In this document: positions 9,458 through 17,955 of the stretch, piece after piece
How positions within the stretch are numbered: the first letter of the stretch is position 1
Layout: each line of letters starts with the position of its first letter
Source of the DNA: an uncultured Anaerolineaceae bacterium
GTDB lineage: Bacteria > Chloroflexota > Anaerolineae > Anaerolineales > Villigracilaceae
Reading direction: 5' to 3'
Assembly (NCBI GenBank): GCA_964610295.1
Contig: CAZSVR010000012.1
Coordinates: 4,246-68,245 of the forward strand
Length of the DNA: 64,000 nucleotides
Program-made: the position numbers and the translations under genes
Notes under the pieces: generated by a model
The model's database searches: none
What the model was told of the DNA's origin: nothing
What the model saw: the letters and a program-made list of their open reading frames with translations, nothing else

Positions 9458-10078
9458 ATGTCAGAGGAACGATTTGTCTCACGCGGTTTTGTCGGCAAGC
9501 GGCGCGCAGGGGAGAAAAAGGATCGCATCCCGCCTGGTCAATATCTCACAAATGATTTCCCTGTGCTCTCAGCGGGACCAACCCCTTATACGCCCCTCGA
9601 TAAATGGACCTTCAGCATTGATGGTCTTGTCAAAGAAAAGGTTTCATGGACATGGCAGGAGTTCCTCAAACTCCCCATGCAGAAATATGTGGTGGATATT
9701 TCCTGCGTCACCAAATGGACGCATCTCGACATGAAGTGGGAGGGCGTCAGCCTCGATACGCTCCTCGAACATGTTGAACTCGACCGCAAAGCCATGTTCG
9801 TCACGGCGCATAGCGATGGCGGCTACACCACCAACCTGCCGCTCACCGACATCATAAACGGTCAATCCTTCATAGCTTTGAAATACGATGATAAACCTTT
9901 AGCCCCCGAACACGGCGGTCCCGCGCGCATGGTTGTGCCGCATCTGTATTTCTGGAAGAGCGCCAAGTGGGCGCGCGGTGTCCACTTCATTGAAAAAGAC
10001 AAGCCCGGCTTCTGGGAATCGGCTGGATATCACAACCATGCCGACCCGTGGAAAGAACAGCGGTATTGGAATGACTGA
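9458..10078 (+). CDS. Sulfite oxidase-like molybdopterin oxidoreductase
   Basis: RIPPGQ, DISCVTKWT, EHGGPAR, YFWKSAKW, GFWESAGYH. Confidence 0.9.
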   Translation: MSEERFVSRGFVGKRRAGEKKDRIPPGQYLTNDFPVLSAGPTPYTPLDKWTFSIDGLVKEKVSWTWQEFLKLPMQKYVVDISCVTKWTHLDMKWEGVSLDTLLEHVELDRKAMFVTAHSDGGYTTNLPLTDIINGQSFIALKYDDKPLAPEHGGPARMVVPHLYFWKSAKWARGVHFIEKDKPGFWESAGYHNHADPWKEQRYWND

Positions 10079-10083
10079 TGTAT

Positions 10084-10275
10084 GTCATGCTGAGGAGCGA
10101 CACTTGCACCGCACTCCCACTCCGCTGCGCTACGCCCACTCGCTGCGCTCGGGACTGCCGCTTTGCGGCGTGCGCGAGGGACTTCGTGCGTTTGGTGCAG
10201 TGCAGGTGAGCGACGAAGCAATCTCGCACATCGCGAGGGGATTGCTTCGGTGGAAGAACGCCACCTCGCAATGAC
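10084..10275. repeat. GTC..GCGAG/CGAAGCAATC/CTCGCAATGAC-type REP interrupted by a 108-bp CACTTG...CAGGTG element
   Basis: AGCGA duplicated at 10096-10100 and 10209-10213; uninterrupted relatives at 51557 and 57347. Confidence 0.85.
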
Positions 10276-10289
10276 GGTTCGGAGAGCTT

Positions 10290-11030
10290 ATGAAACAAAC
10301 ACTGGACTGGCAAATCGCTTCGGTCACGGACATCAAGCCTGAAACCCCTAAAGTGAAATCGTTGACGCTGAGACTCCCAGCGTGGATGCGTCACCGCGCG
10401 GGACAGCATTACGACCTGCGCCTCACCGCCCAAGATGGCTATCAAACCCAACGCAGTTACTCCATCGCATCAGAACCAGAGCGCGCAGGGGAGGTTGACA
10501 TCACGGTGGAGCGTATCAACGATGGTGAAGTCTCGACCTACTTGCATGATGTGCTTGTCAAGGGAGACCGCCTCGAAATGCGCGGACCGATCGGCGGCTA
10601 CTTCGTCTGGGAGGCGAAAATTACCGATCCGTTGTTGTTGATCGCGGGTGGGTCAGGCGTTGTGCCATTGATGTCCATGCTTCGTCATCGCGCCGCGGCT
10701 GGAGGAAAGCATCCGGCCAGTCTACTATATAGTTCACGCAACTTTGAAGACATCATCTACTTCAACGAACTCGAAAAACTGCGCGGGGCAATTAACGGCG
10801 TGCAGGTTCTTCACACGCTTACACGCTCCCAACCCGCGGGTTGGAAGGGATATGCGCGGCGCATTGATCAGGAGATGTTGAAGGAAGTCGCGCAGCCTTT
10901 GGGTAAATCTGTTCAAGTTTTCATTTGTGGACCGACGCTTTTGGTTGAATCCACTGCCAATGCCCTGGTCAAAATTGGTGTTCGCGTGGACAACATTCGC
11001 ACGGAAAGATTCGGTCCATCAGGAGGATGA
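10290..11030 (+). CDS. Ferredoxin-NADP reductase-like FAD/NAD-binding oxidoreductase
   Basis: RSYSIAS, GEVSTYL, RGPIG, IAGGSGVVP, ICGP, ERFG. Confidence 0.9.
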   Translation: MKQTLDWQIASVTDIKPETPKVKSLTLRLPAWMRHRAGQHYDLRLTAQDGYQTQRSYSIASEPERAGEVDITVERINDGEVSTYLHDVLVKGDRLEMRGPIGGYFVWEAKITDPLLLIAGGSGVVPLMSMLRHRAAAGGKHPASLLYSSRNFEDIIYFNELEKLRGAINGVQVLHTLTRSQPAGWKGYARRIDQEMLKEVAQPLGKSVQVFICGPTLLVESTANALVKIGVRVDNIRTERFGPSGG

Positions 11031-11033
11031 GCC

Positions 11034-11321
11034 ATGCAAGAGACAACAGATATTAACCGTGAACTTATGCTGGATGCGAACGCGACCGCAGGTCTGCTTT
11101 ACGAAATCTTTGGCACGGAAATGACCGCCGCGCCGACCGAATGTGCCAATTGTGGCAATGAAGCAGAGATCGGCACGTTGCTGGCTTTCACGCACGGACC
11201 GGGGATCGTATTGCGCTGTTCCGCCTGTGAGCAGGTGGTCTTGCGCATCACACAAACCCCCACGGAAATATTACTCGATGCGCGCGGCGCGGTGTATTTG
11301 AGGTTGGCAAGAATAAAATAA
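11034..11321 (+). CDS. DUF6510-like small Cys protein
   Basis: LDANATAGLL, CANC and CSAC pairs. Confidence 0.65.
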   Translation: MQETTDINRELMLDANATAGLLYEIFGTEMTAAPTECANCGNEAEIGTLLAFTHGPGIVLRCSACEQVVLRITQTPTEILLDARGAVYLRLARIK

Positions 11322-11336
11322 AGGGTCCAAGGTTAC

Positions 11337-11449
11337 CTACCCCCACCGTCCTGTCCCCTTCGGGCACCTCCCCCAAATCCGCAATTCATTCTCCAAATAA
11401 TTATGCTGAGGTTTTATTGCGTATTTGGGGGAGGCTCGGGAAGGGGTAG
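11337..11449. repeat. Inverted-repeat element (CCTCCCCCAAAT arms)
   Basis: 11367-11385 vs 11416-11434 match 18/19 as inverted repeats; outer CTACCCC/GGGGTAG. Confidence 0.7.
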
Positions 11450-11577
11450 CAAAAGATGCGTTCGCACATCCTAGGCACATCCTTCGTACTTCTTTGTAAA
11501 TGGTTCCTACTGGATGTATCCACTATATAGTAGCAACGGTACATCGCCAAAAGTGCGACTTCCTGAAAGAAGCAATC

Positions 11578-11608
11578 AAAAAATCCTAGCCAATGGCTAG
11601 GATTTTTT
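11578..11608. terminator. Bidirectional intrinsic terminator
   Basis: A6-TCCTAGCC-aat-GGCTAGGA-T6. Confidence 0.85.
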
Positions 11609-12129
11609 CTTTTTCTTTTTCCTTCTAGTTGATTTTTTCATAGGAATTGGCATTGGATGTTGAGGTTGTTTTTCTCTCTCCCTTCCAACCCGAATAAAAT
11701 TCACTATTCCGCCAAGAAATCCTCCAAGCAATACTGAATAGCCTTGAACATTCTTCCCAACCCAAAGTAAACCAATACCACCCAAAGAGAGAATTCCAAA
11801 AAGAACGAAACCTAATTTCAGCCCTAGATCAGCGCGACGAACATCACCTTGTATACACTGTTTTCTAATCCAAAACGATGTTCTTGTTGCTTCTCGGCCA
11901 TACGGAAAATTCGCTTTGGAGCATCTGGCATCACTGCCTTATACTGTGCAAATATTTTTGGATGAGGCAGTGGGCCAGAAAAAGATTCAAAGTAAGAGAA
12001 TATTCTTCGAACATTCTCTTTCCCCCCGGCCTTTTCGATTATTTCGTCGGGGATTCTTATCTCGTTGCCTGGCTCTGCCTTGGCTTTATTCCCTTTATTA
12101 GCAGGGAAGATTTCCTTTCCCTCAGCCAT
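11597..12129 (-). pseudogene. DUF2335-like membrane protein with a single-base frameshift near 11854
   Basis: FSGPLPHP...APKRIFRMAEKQQEHR; adding one A restores NSVIQGDVRRADLGLKLGFVLFG into the 11597-11785 ORF. Confidence 0.75.
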
Positions 12130-12355
12130 CCTGTTCCTCTAAATGCTCTAATGGATGTTCCTCGGCAAATATTCGAATCGCTTTACGAATGTCATTACCA
12201 ACAAATTGCCAATCAGATTCTATTGAACGAAAATCTGCCTCATTATTTGAGCGCGAAAAGTTATATTTATTCAAGCGTCCTCTAAAGTCGAACAGTCTAG
12301 CAATTCCCTCAAAGAATGAGGGGCGTGAGTATAAGCGATAAATCTCTTTGCCCAT
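12122..12355 (-). CDS. Small conserved-looking protein upstream of DUF2335
   Basis: SFFEGIARLFD...AD..IESDWQFVGNDI pattern; overlaps the DUF2335 start. Confidence 0.7.
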   Translation of the reverse strand: MGKEIYRLYSRPSFFEGIARLFDFRGRLNKYNFSRSNNEADFRSIESDWQFVGNDIRKAIRIFAEEHPLEHLEEQDG

Positions 12356-12516
12356 TCTTAGATTTATTCCTTTCTTTTGTTCTTTTTATTTCTTAGAATT
12401 TGACTGTATATGAAGTTTTCGCAGACACGAACAGGTGAGCTATAAACCCTTATTAGGATAACTGATGATTATAATTAGCACATTAGCTAATTGCAATATC
12501 ATTATACCGCTTTTGA

Positions 12517-15129
12517 TTATTTCTTTTTCCTCTTAGCAGGCTTTGAAGCCTTCTTTGGTAAGGCTTTCTTCATTGCTTTCTTTGTTTTCTTAGCCGGTTT
12601 TGCTTTCTTTCCCTTCGGGGACGATGTCGCAGCGGCTTTGGTCTTCTTTCCTTCCTTCTTCTTTACTTCCTCCACCTTCTTTACCGGAATAAATCTCTCC
12701 AACGCCCAGCCCACGGCCACAGCCACCACTTCCTCGCCGGGCTTCACTTCCACGACAACGTCGCCTTTGCTCGCGGCGCGTTTACGTATGGCCGCCAGAT
12801 CCAAGCGTGCGGATTTCGCCGCGCCTTTGCTCAAATGAACCGTCGCTACGGTATTCGGCTTGCCTGAAACCACACCAGCGATTTTCACATTCCTAGCTAG
12901 ATCCCAAACGGTCACCCCTTTGCCGTAACGTCCCTGCACGGGGAATTCCCTTTGGTCTACGCGCTTGGCTTTGCCATCAGACGTGAGCAGGAAGATCTCG
13001 CCCTCGGCAGGCAAAATTTCCATGCCGCTTACTTCGTCTTTATCTTCCAGCTTGATGCCGTTCACACCCGCGGCGACGAGTCCCATCGCGCGCACATCGT
13101 CTTCCTTAAATCGTATCGCCATGCCTTGCGATGTAACCAGCAGAACATGCTTCTTTTTGCCATCGGTCAGCCCAACCCAGCCGAGTCTATCGCCTTCGTT
13201 GACGCGCGCCAAAGCGAACGTCTGCGAGGAGGGACCGGGCAATTCACCGATCAATGTCTTCTTGACCATGCCAAAGCGCGTGGTCGTGATCACGCACGCT
13301 TCTGCGGTCAGGTCACTCTTACGCGCGGGTAATGCAAACACAGCCGCGAGCGGGTCGCTTTCAGTTAATGGCGAGACTTTATAGTACATCGAGCCGTTGC
13401 TTAATTTATCTGACTCAGGCAGCAAGTGTGCGGCCACCGCGGCGGTTTTACCCAACTTGCTCACGAAATAGATCGTGTCCGTTGTGGAAGCCTTCACCAA
13501 AAAGCGCGGCGCGTCGTTGCCCGAGTGTTTCGGCTGCTTGTCATCGTGTGTGCGCGAGACCATCCCGCCATCGGTCACACCCACCCACACAACCTGATCA
13601 GGCAGCAGGTCATTGGCGGTTAATGTCTTCCCGCCTGTTCCGGTTTTCGAACTGACGATCTGCGTGCGGCGGCGGTCTGCATACGCGGCTTTTACTTTCA
13701 ATAATTCTTCGGCCATCACACCACGCAATTTCTTCGGGGATTTCAACAGATCGTTCAGGCCCTTGATCAGCGCGGTCATTTCCTTGTATTCGGTTTCGAT
13801 CTTCTTGCGTTCGAGTGCGGCCAGCCTGCGCAACTGCATATCCAGGATGGCGGTCGCCTGTAACTCCGTCAGCTTGTAGCGCTTCATCAGTTTGGCACGC
13901 GCAGTTTCAACGTCCGGCGCGGCGCGGATGATCCCGATCAATTCATCCAGGTTCTTCAAGGCGATCATATATCCCTCAAGGATATGCGCGCGCGCTTTGG
14001 CCTTTTCCAGGTCGAATTCAGCGCGTCTTTTAATGACCGTCAGCCTGTGCTCAATATACACCCGCAGTGCCTGCTTCAGGGTCAGGGTGTGCGGCTCGTT
14101 GTCGACTAAGGCCAGCAGGTTGATGCTGAAAGTGGTCTGCATGGGTGTGCGTTTGTAGAGCTCGCGCAAAACGAAATCGGGATTCGCGTTCTTGGTCATT
14201 TCCAGGACGATGCGCATGCCCTGGCGATCGGATTCATCGCGCAGGTCGGATAATCCCTCGAGATGCCCATCGCGCGCCAGTTCGGCAATGCGCTCGATCA
14301 GGCTGGACTTGTTGACCATGTACGGCAATTCGGACACAATGATGCGGCTCTTGCCGCGTTCCATCTCCTCCACATGCGCCTTGGCCTGCACAGTGACGCG
14401 CCCGCGCCCGGAACCATACGCGGACTCGATCCCCTCTTCACCCTTCTCCTGAATGATCAGGCCGCCTGTGGGAAAATCCGGACCTTTCACAAATTTCATC
14501 AATTGCTCAACATCGATGTCGTCGAGTTTCTCCCAGCGATCAAGCATGTAGATGATGGCATCGATGATCTCGCCCAAATTATGCGGCGGGATCGAAGTTG
14601 CCATACCCACCGCGATACCCGTCGCACCGTTGACCAGTAAGTTCGGCAGCGCGGCGGGCAGGACATCCGGCTCTGCAAGTGTGTCGTCAAAGTTCGGTTT
14701 GAAATTAACCGTGTTCTTGTTGATATCGGTCAACATCTCCATGGCAGGGCTGGCAAGACGCGCTTCTGTATAACGCATGGCCGCAGGCGGGTCGCCATCC
14801 ACAGAACCGAAGTTACCCTGTCCATCCACGAGCATGGTGCGCATCGAAAAATCCTGCGCGAGGCGCGCCATGGCTTCATACACGGATGAGTCGCCGTGCG
14901 GATGATATTTACCGAGCACTTCACCCACGATACGAGCGGATTTCTTGTAGGCTGTGTCTGCGCGAATGCCCATGTCGTACATCGCATACAAGATGCGGCG
15001 TTGCACAGGCTTCATGCCGTCGCGCGCGTCAGGCAATGCACGCGCCACGATCACGCTCATCGCATAATCGAGATACGACTGTTGCATTTCCTGGTCAATG
15101 TCTATTTTTTTAATTAAGCCAAGGTCCAT
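12517..15129 (-). CDS. parC: Type IIA topoisomerase A subunit, ParC-like (no GyrA box), with Lys/Ala-rich tail
   Basis: [29 protein letters not shown]; first CTD blade lacks QRRGGKG. Confidence 0.75.
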   Translation of the reverse strand: MDLGLIKKIDIDQEMQQSYLDYAMSVIVARALPDARDGMKPVQRRILYAMYDMGIRADTAYKKSARIVGEVLGKYHPHGDSSVYEAMARLAQDFSMRTMLVDGQGNFGSVDGDPPAAMRYTEARLASPAMEMLTDINKNTVNFKPNFDDTLAEPDVLPAALPNLLVNGATGIAVGMATSIPPHNLGEIIDAIIYMLDRWEKLDDIDVEQLMKFVKGPDFPTGGLIIQEKGEEGIESAYGSGRGRVTVQAKAHVEEMERGKSRIIVSELPYMVNKSSLIERIAELARDGHLEGLSDLRDESDRQGMRIVLEMTKNANPDFVLRELYKRTPMQTTFSINLLALVDNEPHTLTLKQALRVYIEHRLTVIKRRAEFDLEKAKARAHILEGYMIALKNLDELIGIIRAAPDVETARAKLMKRYKLTELQATAILDMQLRRLAALERKKIETEYKEMTALIKGLNDLLKSPKKLRGVMAEELLKVKAAYADRRRTQIVSSKTGTGGKTLTANDLLPDQVVWVGVTDGGMVSRTHDDKQPKHSGNDAPRFLVKASTTDTIYFVSKLGKTAAVAAHLLPESDKLSNGSMYYKVSPLTESDPLAAVFALPARKSDLTAEACVITTTRFGMVKKTLIGELPGPSSQTFALARVNEGDRLGWVGLTDGKKKHVLLVTSQGMAIRFKEDDVRAMGLVAAGVNGIKLEDKDEVSGMEILPAEGEIFLLTSDGKAKRVDQREFPVQGRYGKGVTVWDLARNVKIAGVVSGKPNTVATVHLSKGAAKSARLDLAAIRKRAASKGDVVVEVKPGEEVVAVAVGWALERFIPVKKVEEVKKKEGKKTKAAATSSPKGKKAKPAKKTKKAMKKALPKKASKPAKRKKK

Positions 15130-15146
15130 ATGAAATCCTTTTTTTT

Positions 15147-15265
15147 GCCGTCTCGCACCGACGTGCCATCGAGGTTCGCGGCACGAACGATGAACCGCGA
15201 AGCACGCTAAGTGCGCTAAGAAAAACCTTATGGGCTTCTTCGCGTTCTTCGCGCTCTTAGCGGTT
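15147..15265. repeat. Two palindromic elements in the topoisomerase 5' UTR
   Basis: 15147-15190 is an inverted relative of the 44-bp hairpin at 8950-8993; 15193-15265 has AACCGCGAAG...CTTAGCGGTT arms. Confidence 0.75.
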
Positions 15266-15306
15266 AAAGATCTTTTGCAGTGAATGTATGTTCTATTGCG
15301 GGGCTT

Positions 15307-15335
15307 ATCTTACGGGGAAAGGGAAAAGGCGTCAA
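15307..15335 (-). promoter_or_regulatory. Promoter TTGACG-N17-TAAGAT for the topoisomerase gene
   Basis: Reverse strand; 17-bp spacer. Confidence 0.65.
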
Positions 15336-15398
15336 GGTAGATGGCTTCTTGCATATAACAAGTTTATGATATCGCGAACATTCCTCTTGAGGTGTACC

Positions 15399-15476
15399 AT
15401 GGATGAGACCACCAAATTGATCATCACAACCCGCGTGCCCATTCTCCTGGCAATCGTCGGATATCTGGCCATGTAG
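15399..15476 (+). pseudogene. 25-codon hydrophobic gene stump (possibly a transporter N-terminus)
   Basis: SD GAGGTG; MDETTKLIITTRVPILLAIVGYLAM*. Confidence 0.35.
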
Positions 15477-15591
15477 CTTTATAATCAGTATACAAAAAGG
15501 TCCTTTGAAATCTTAAAAGCGGAACAGGATAGATTGCCTGGAAAAAGTTAGGGCTCGACCGTCTTAATAGCTTACATCGTTGAGGTGACCT

Positions 15592-16008
15592 GTGAAACTT
15601 AATACTGCCAAGGAAGTATGGATCGCGCGTATGATCGCCTGGCTTGTGATCGGGGCGCTTTCCTGTGGGATCATTTTTATGACCACATTCACGCTCGGAC
15701 CCACTTTGTTCGGTGGTTCCAACATGACCGACAGGATCGCACTGGCAATGTATTGCCCCGGCGCGGAATCATCCACTTTACAGGAAGGCGCCTCGACGCC
15801 CACCACTTCAGACCCAACCGGCACGTATGGTCACACAGTGGAGGTCACCTGCTATTTCGCGGATGGAAGCACGCAGATCATCCGGAACGAGCAGTACGCG
15901 CTGGCATCCATCGGGGGCATGTTCGGCATCGGCGGGTTGATCGGCGTGGTGATCTCCATTCCCATTTTTCTTCTACCTTTCTTCCTGATCAGGAAAAAGA
16001 AACAATAA
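15592..16008 (+). CDS. Hypothetical two-TM membrane protein
   Basis: SD GAGGTG; hydrophobic ends around a Thr-rich loop with two Cys. Confidence 0.65.
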   Translation: MKLNTAKEVWIARMIAWLVIGALSCGIIFMTTFTLGPTLFGGSNMTDRIALAMYCPGAESSTLQEGASTPTTSDPTGTYGHTVEVTCYFADGSTQIIRNEQYALASIGGMFGIGGLIGVVISIPIFLLPFFLIRKKKQ

Positions 16009-16075
16009 TTTCAGATTAAGTCCCTTTCGGTCACTTGTTGTTGTAAAATAAAAGGAAAATTTTCAGGAGGATAAA

Positions 16076-16630
16076 ATGGCTTCTTCAATTGACGATCTGG
16101 TCTCCATGGGTGATATAGAGTCACTGTATGAGATCCTGGTGGAGGAGGACGACTGGATGATGCAACTCGACGCCGCCGAGGGACTCGCCAAACTTCGCGA
16201 CAGACGCGGCCTTGAATTCCTGATCAGCGCGGAGCAAAGCGATGACGAGGAAGTTAAGGAAGTTGCCAAAGAGATCCTGGATACGCCGGAGATCAAGCGC
16301 AGGCTGGAGGATCTCAAGGCGGATGAAGAAGAACAACGCAGGGAAAGGATCGGGGTCGCCAGGAAACGCCTGCAAAAAGGAAAGAAGGTCTTTCGTTACA
16401 AAATGGTCTACATGCCCGCAGGCGATATCCTGAATGAAGATCCATTGAGTCAGGGATTCGAGATCCCCGCGTTGGATGAATTCGGATTTGAAGGCTGGGA
16501 GGTGATCAACTTCATCCCGCGCCGCAGACAGGTGCTGGCTGGTTCAGTGGACGAACACTTCAGCGGCGCGTACTTCCTGCTCAAGCGCGAGGTTGCGGCG
16601 GATGAATCCGCAGAGCTGGATGAGACATAA
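16076..16630 (+). CDS. HEAT-like repeat plus DUF4177-like domain protein
   Basis: DAAEGLAKL helix pair; FRYKMV...LDEFGFEGWEVI...YFLLKRE. Confidence 0.6.
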   Translation: MASSIDDLVSMGDIESLYEILVEEDDWMMQLDAAEGLAKLRDRRGLEFLISAEQSDDEEVKEVAKEILDTPEIKRRLEDLKADEEEQRRERIGVARKRLQKGKKVFRYKMVYMPAGDILNEDPLSQGFEIPALDEFGFEGWEVINFIPRRRQVLAGSVDEHFSGAYFLLKREVAADESAELDET

Positions 16631-16746
16631 GTTCCATTAATTATGAAGGGACAGGTTCAACACGCGTCCCCTTTTGATCAAGGAATGAACTCGATCTTCT
16701 TTTTGGTACACAAGCCTCTCTGACCCCTGGATGAAAAGGAGGCGCT

Positions 16747-17598
16747 ATGCAATTTAATATTGAAAAAGATCTGCTCAAGTCCCTGCTGGTCATGACGGAC
16801 GTGATCGAAGCGCGCGATACCTATACGGGCGGTCACGTCTGGCGCGTTTCCCAACTTGCCAAATTGCTCGCGCTCGAGCTCGGCCTTTCGTCTGACGCAG
16901 CCATCCACGCCAGCATCGGTGGTTACCTGCACGATCTCGGAAAGATCGGCATCCCAGACTCCATCCTGCGTAAAGCGGATAAACTCACCGACGCGGAATT
17001 TGACACGATCAAGACACATCCGCAGATCGGAGCAAACTTATTGAGCGAACACCCGCTCGGGAACCTGGTGCTCGACGTCGTGCTGCATCATCACGAGCGG
17101 CTGGACGGCAGGGGCTATCCGCTTGGATTGGATGGAGACAGGCTTTCGCTGAACGCGCAGATCATCGGCCTCATGGACGCGTTCGATGCACTTACGAGTT
17201 CGCGCCCTTACCGCAAAGGGACGAAGGTCGAGGCTGCGCTTTCCATTTTGATGAAGGACAGCGGTTCACACTTTCACCCAAAACTGCTCGCGGCCCTGGA
17301 AGCCTTGAGCCGCGGCCCGGACCTGCTTCACGTCGTCGGCCACAGCGATGAAGGCCTTCCACTGATCGACTGTCCTGCATGCGGTGCGATCTTCGCGATC
17401 GTGCGGCGGACTCATGACGGAGATATCGCCTACTGCCGAACCTGCACAGGCAAAATGGTGATGCATAAAAAAGCAGATCTTTTCGAGCCTGAGTTTACAG
17501 GAACCACCGGCGCGCCGCGCGACCTGCAGCCCGAACCAAACATGGATGTGATCACGGACCTCATCAAGCGGATCCCCAACTCTTTGGATGTCCGTTGA
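16747..17598 (+). CDS. HD-GYP domain protein with C-terminal zinc ribbon
   Basis: HDLGKIG, HHHERLDGRGYP, DAFDALTSSRPY; CPAC/CRTC. Confidence 0.88.
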   Translation: MQFNIEKDLLKSLLVMTDVIEARDTYTGGHVWRVSQLAKLLALELGLSSDAAIHASIGGYLHDLGKIGIPDSILRKADKLTDAEFDTIKTHPQIGANLLSEHPLGNLVLDVVLHHHERLDGRGYPLGLDGDRLSLNAQIIGLMDAFDALTSSRPYRKGTKVEAALSILMKDSGSHFHPKLLAALEALSRGPDLLHVVGHSDEGLPLIDCPACGAIFAIVRRTHDGDIAYCRTCTGKMVMHKKADLFEPEFTGTTGAPRDLQPEPNMDVITDLIKRIPNSLDVR

Positions 17599-17607
17599 AC
17601 CTCTATT

Positions 17608-17641
17608 AAAAACAGAGCGGCCTTGCGGCCGCTCTGTTTTT
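17608..17641. terminator. Bidirectional terminator between HD-GYP gene and rpoC
   Basis: AAAAACAGAGCGGCC-ttgc-GGCCGCTCTGTTTTT. Confidence 0.88.
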
Positions 17642-17652
17642 AATAACTGATG

Positions 17653-17938
17653 TTACGCACCGTCCCGAAGGTTTGATCGGCTAAACAGGGTTTTTCACCG
17701 TTCGTCCGCAGGATCGCTTCGCTGATGCCGCGATCAGCGGCAGCCCGAACGGGGTGCGAGACGGCAAGGAAACCTTCAGGACGTTCTCCCGAAAGACACA
17801 CCTGCACCCCTGGCACTTGCACCCAGGACAAGTGTGCAACAAACGCACGAAGTCCCTCGCGCAGCATCCCGAGCGCAGCGAGTGGGCCTAGCGCAGCGGA
17901 GTGGGAGTGCGGCGCAAGTGTCGGGACGATGTGCGTAA
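17653..17938. repeat. Composite nested palindromic element
   Basis: Outer TTACGCAC..CGTCCCGA inverted arms; 17698-17768 is an inverted relative of the 8.9-kb unit; CACTTG...CAGGTG element inverted at 17799-17920. Confidence 0.8.
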
Positions 17939-17955
17939 GGTGAGTTGTTAATGAT

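Noticed and set aside
12491-12838. Phe/Ala-rich 115-aa ORF as a membrane protein
   Set aside because: It is the reverse complement of the Lys/Ala-rich topoisomerase tail.
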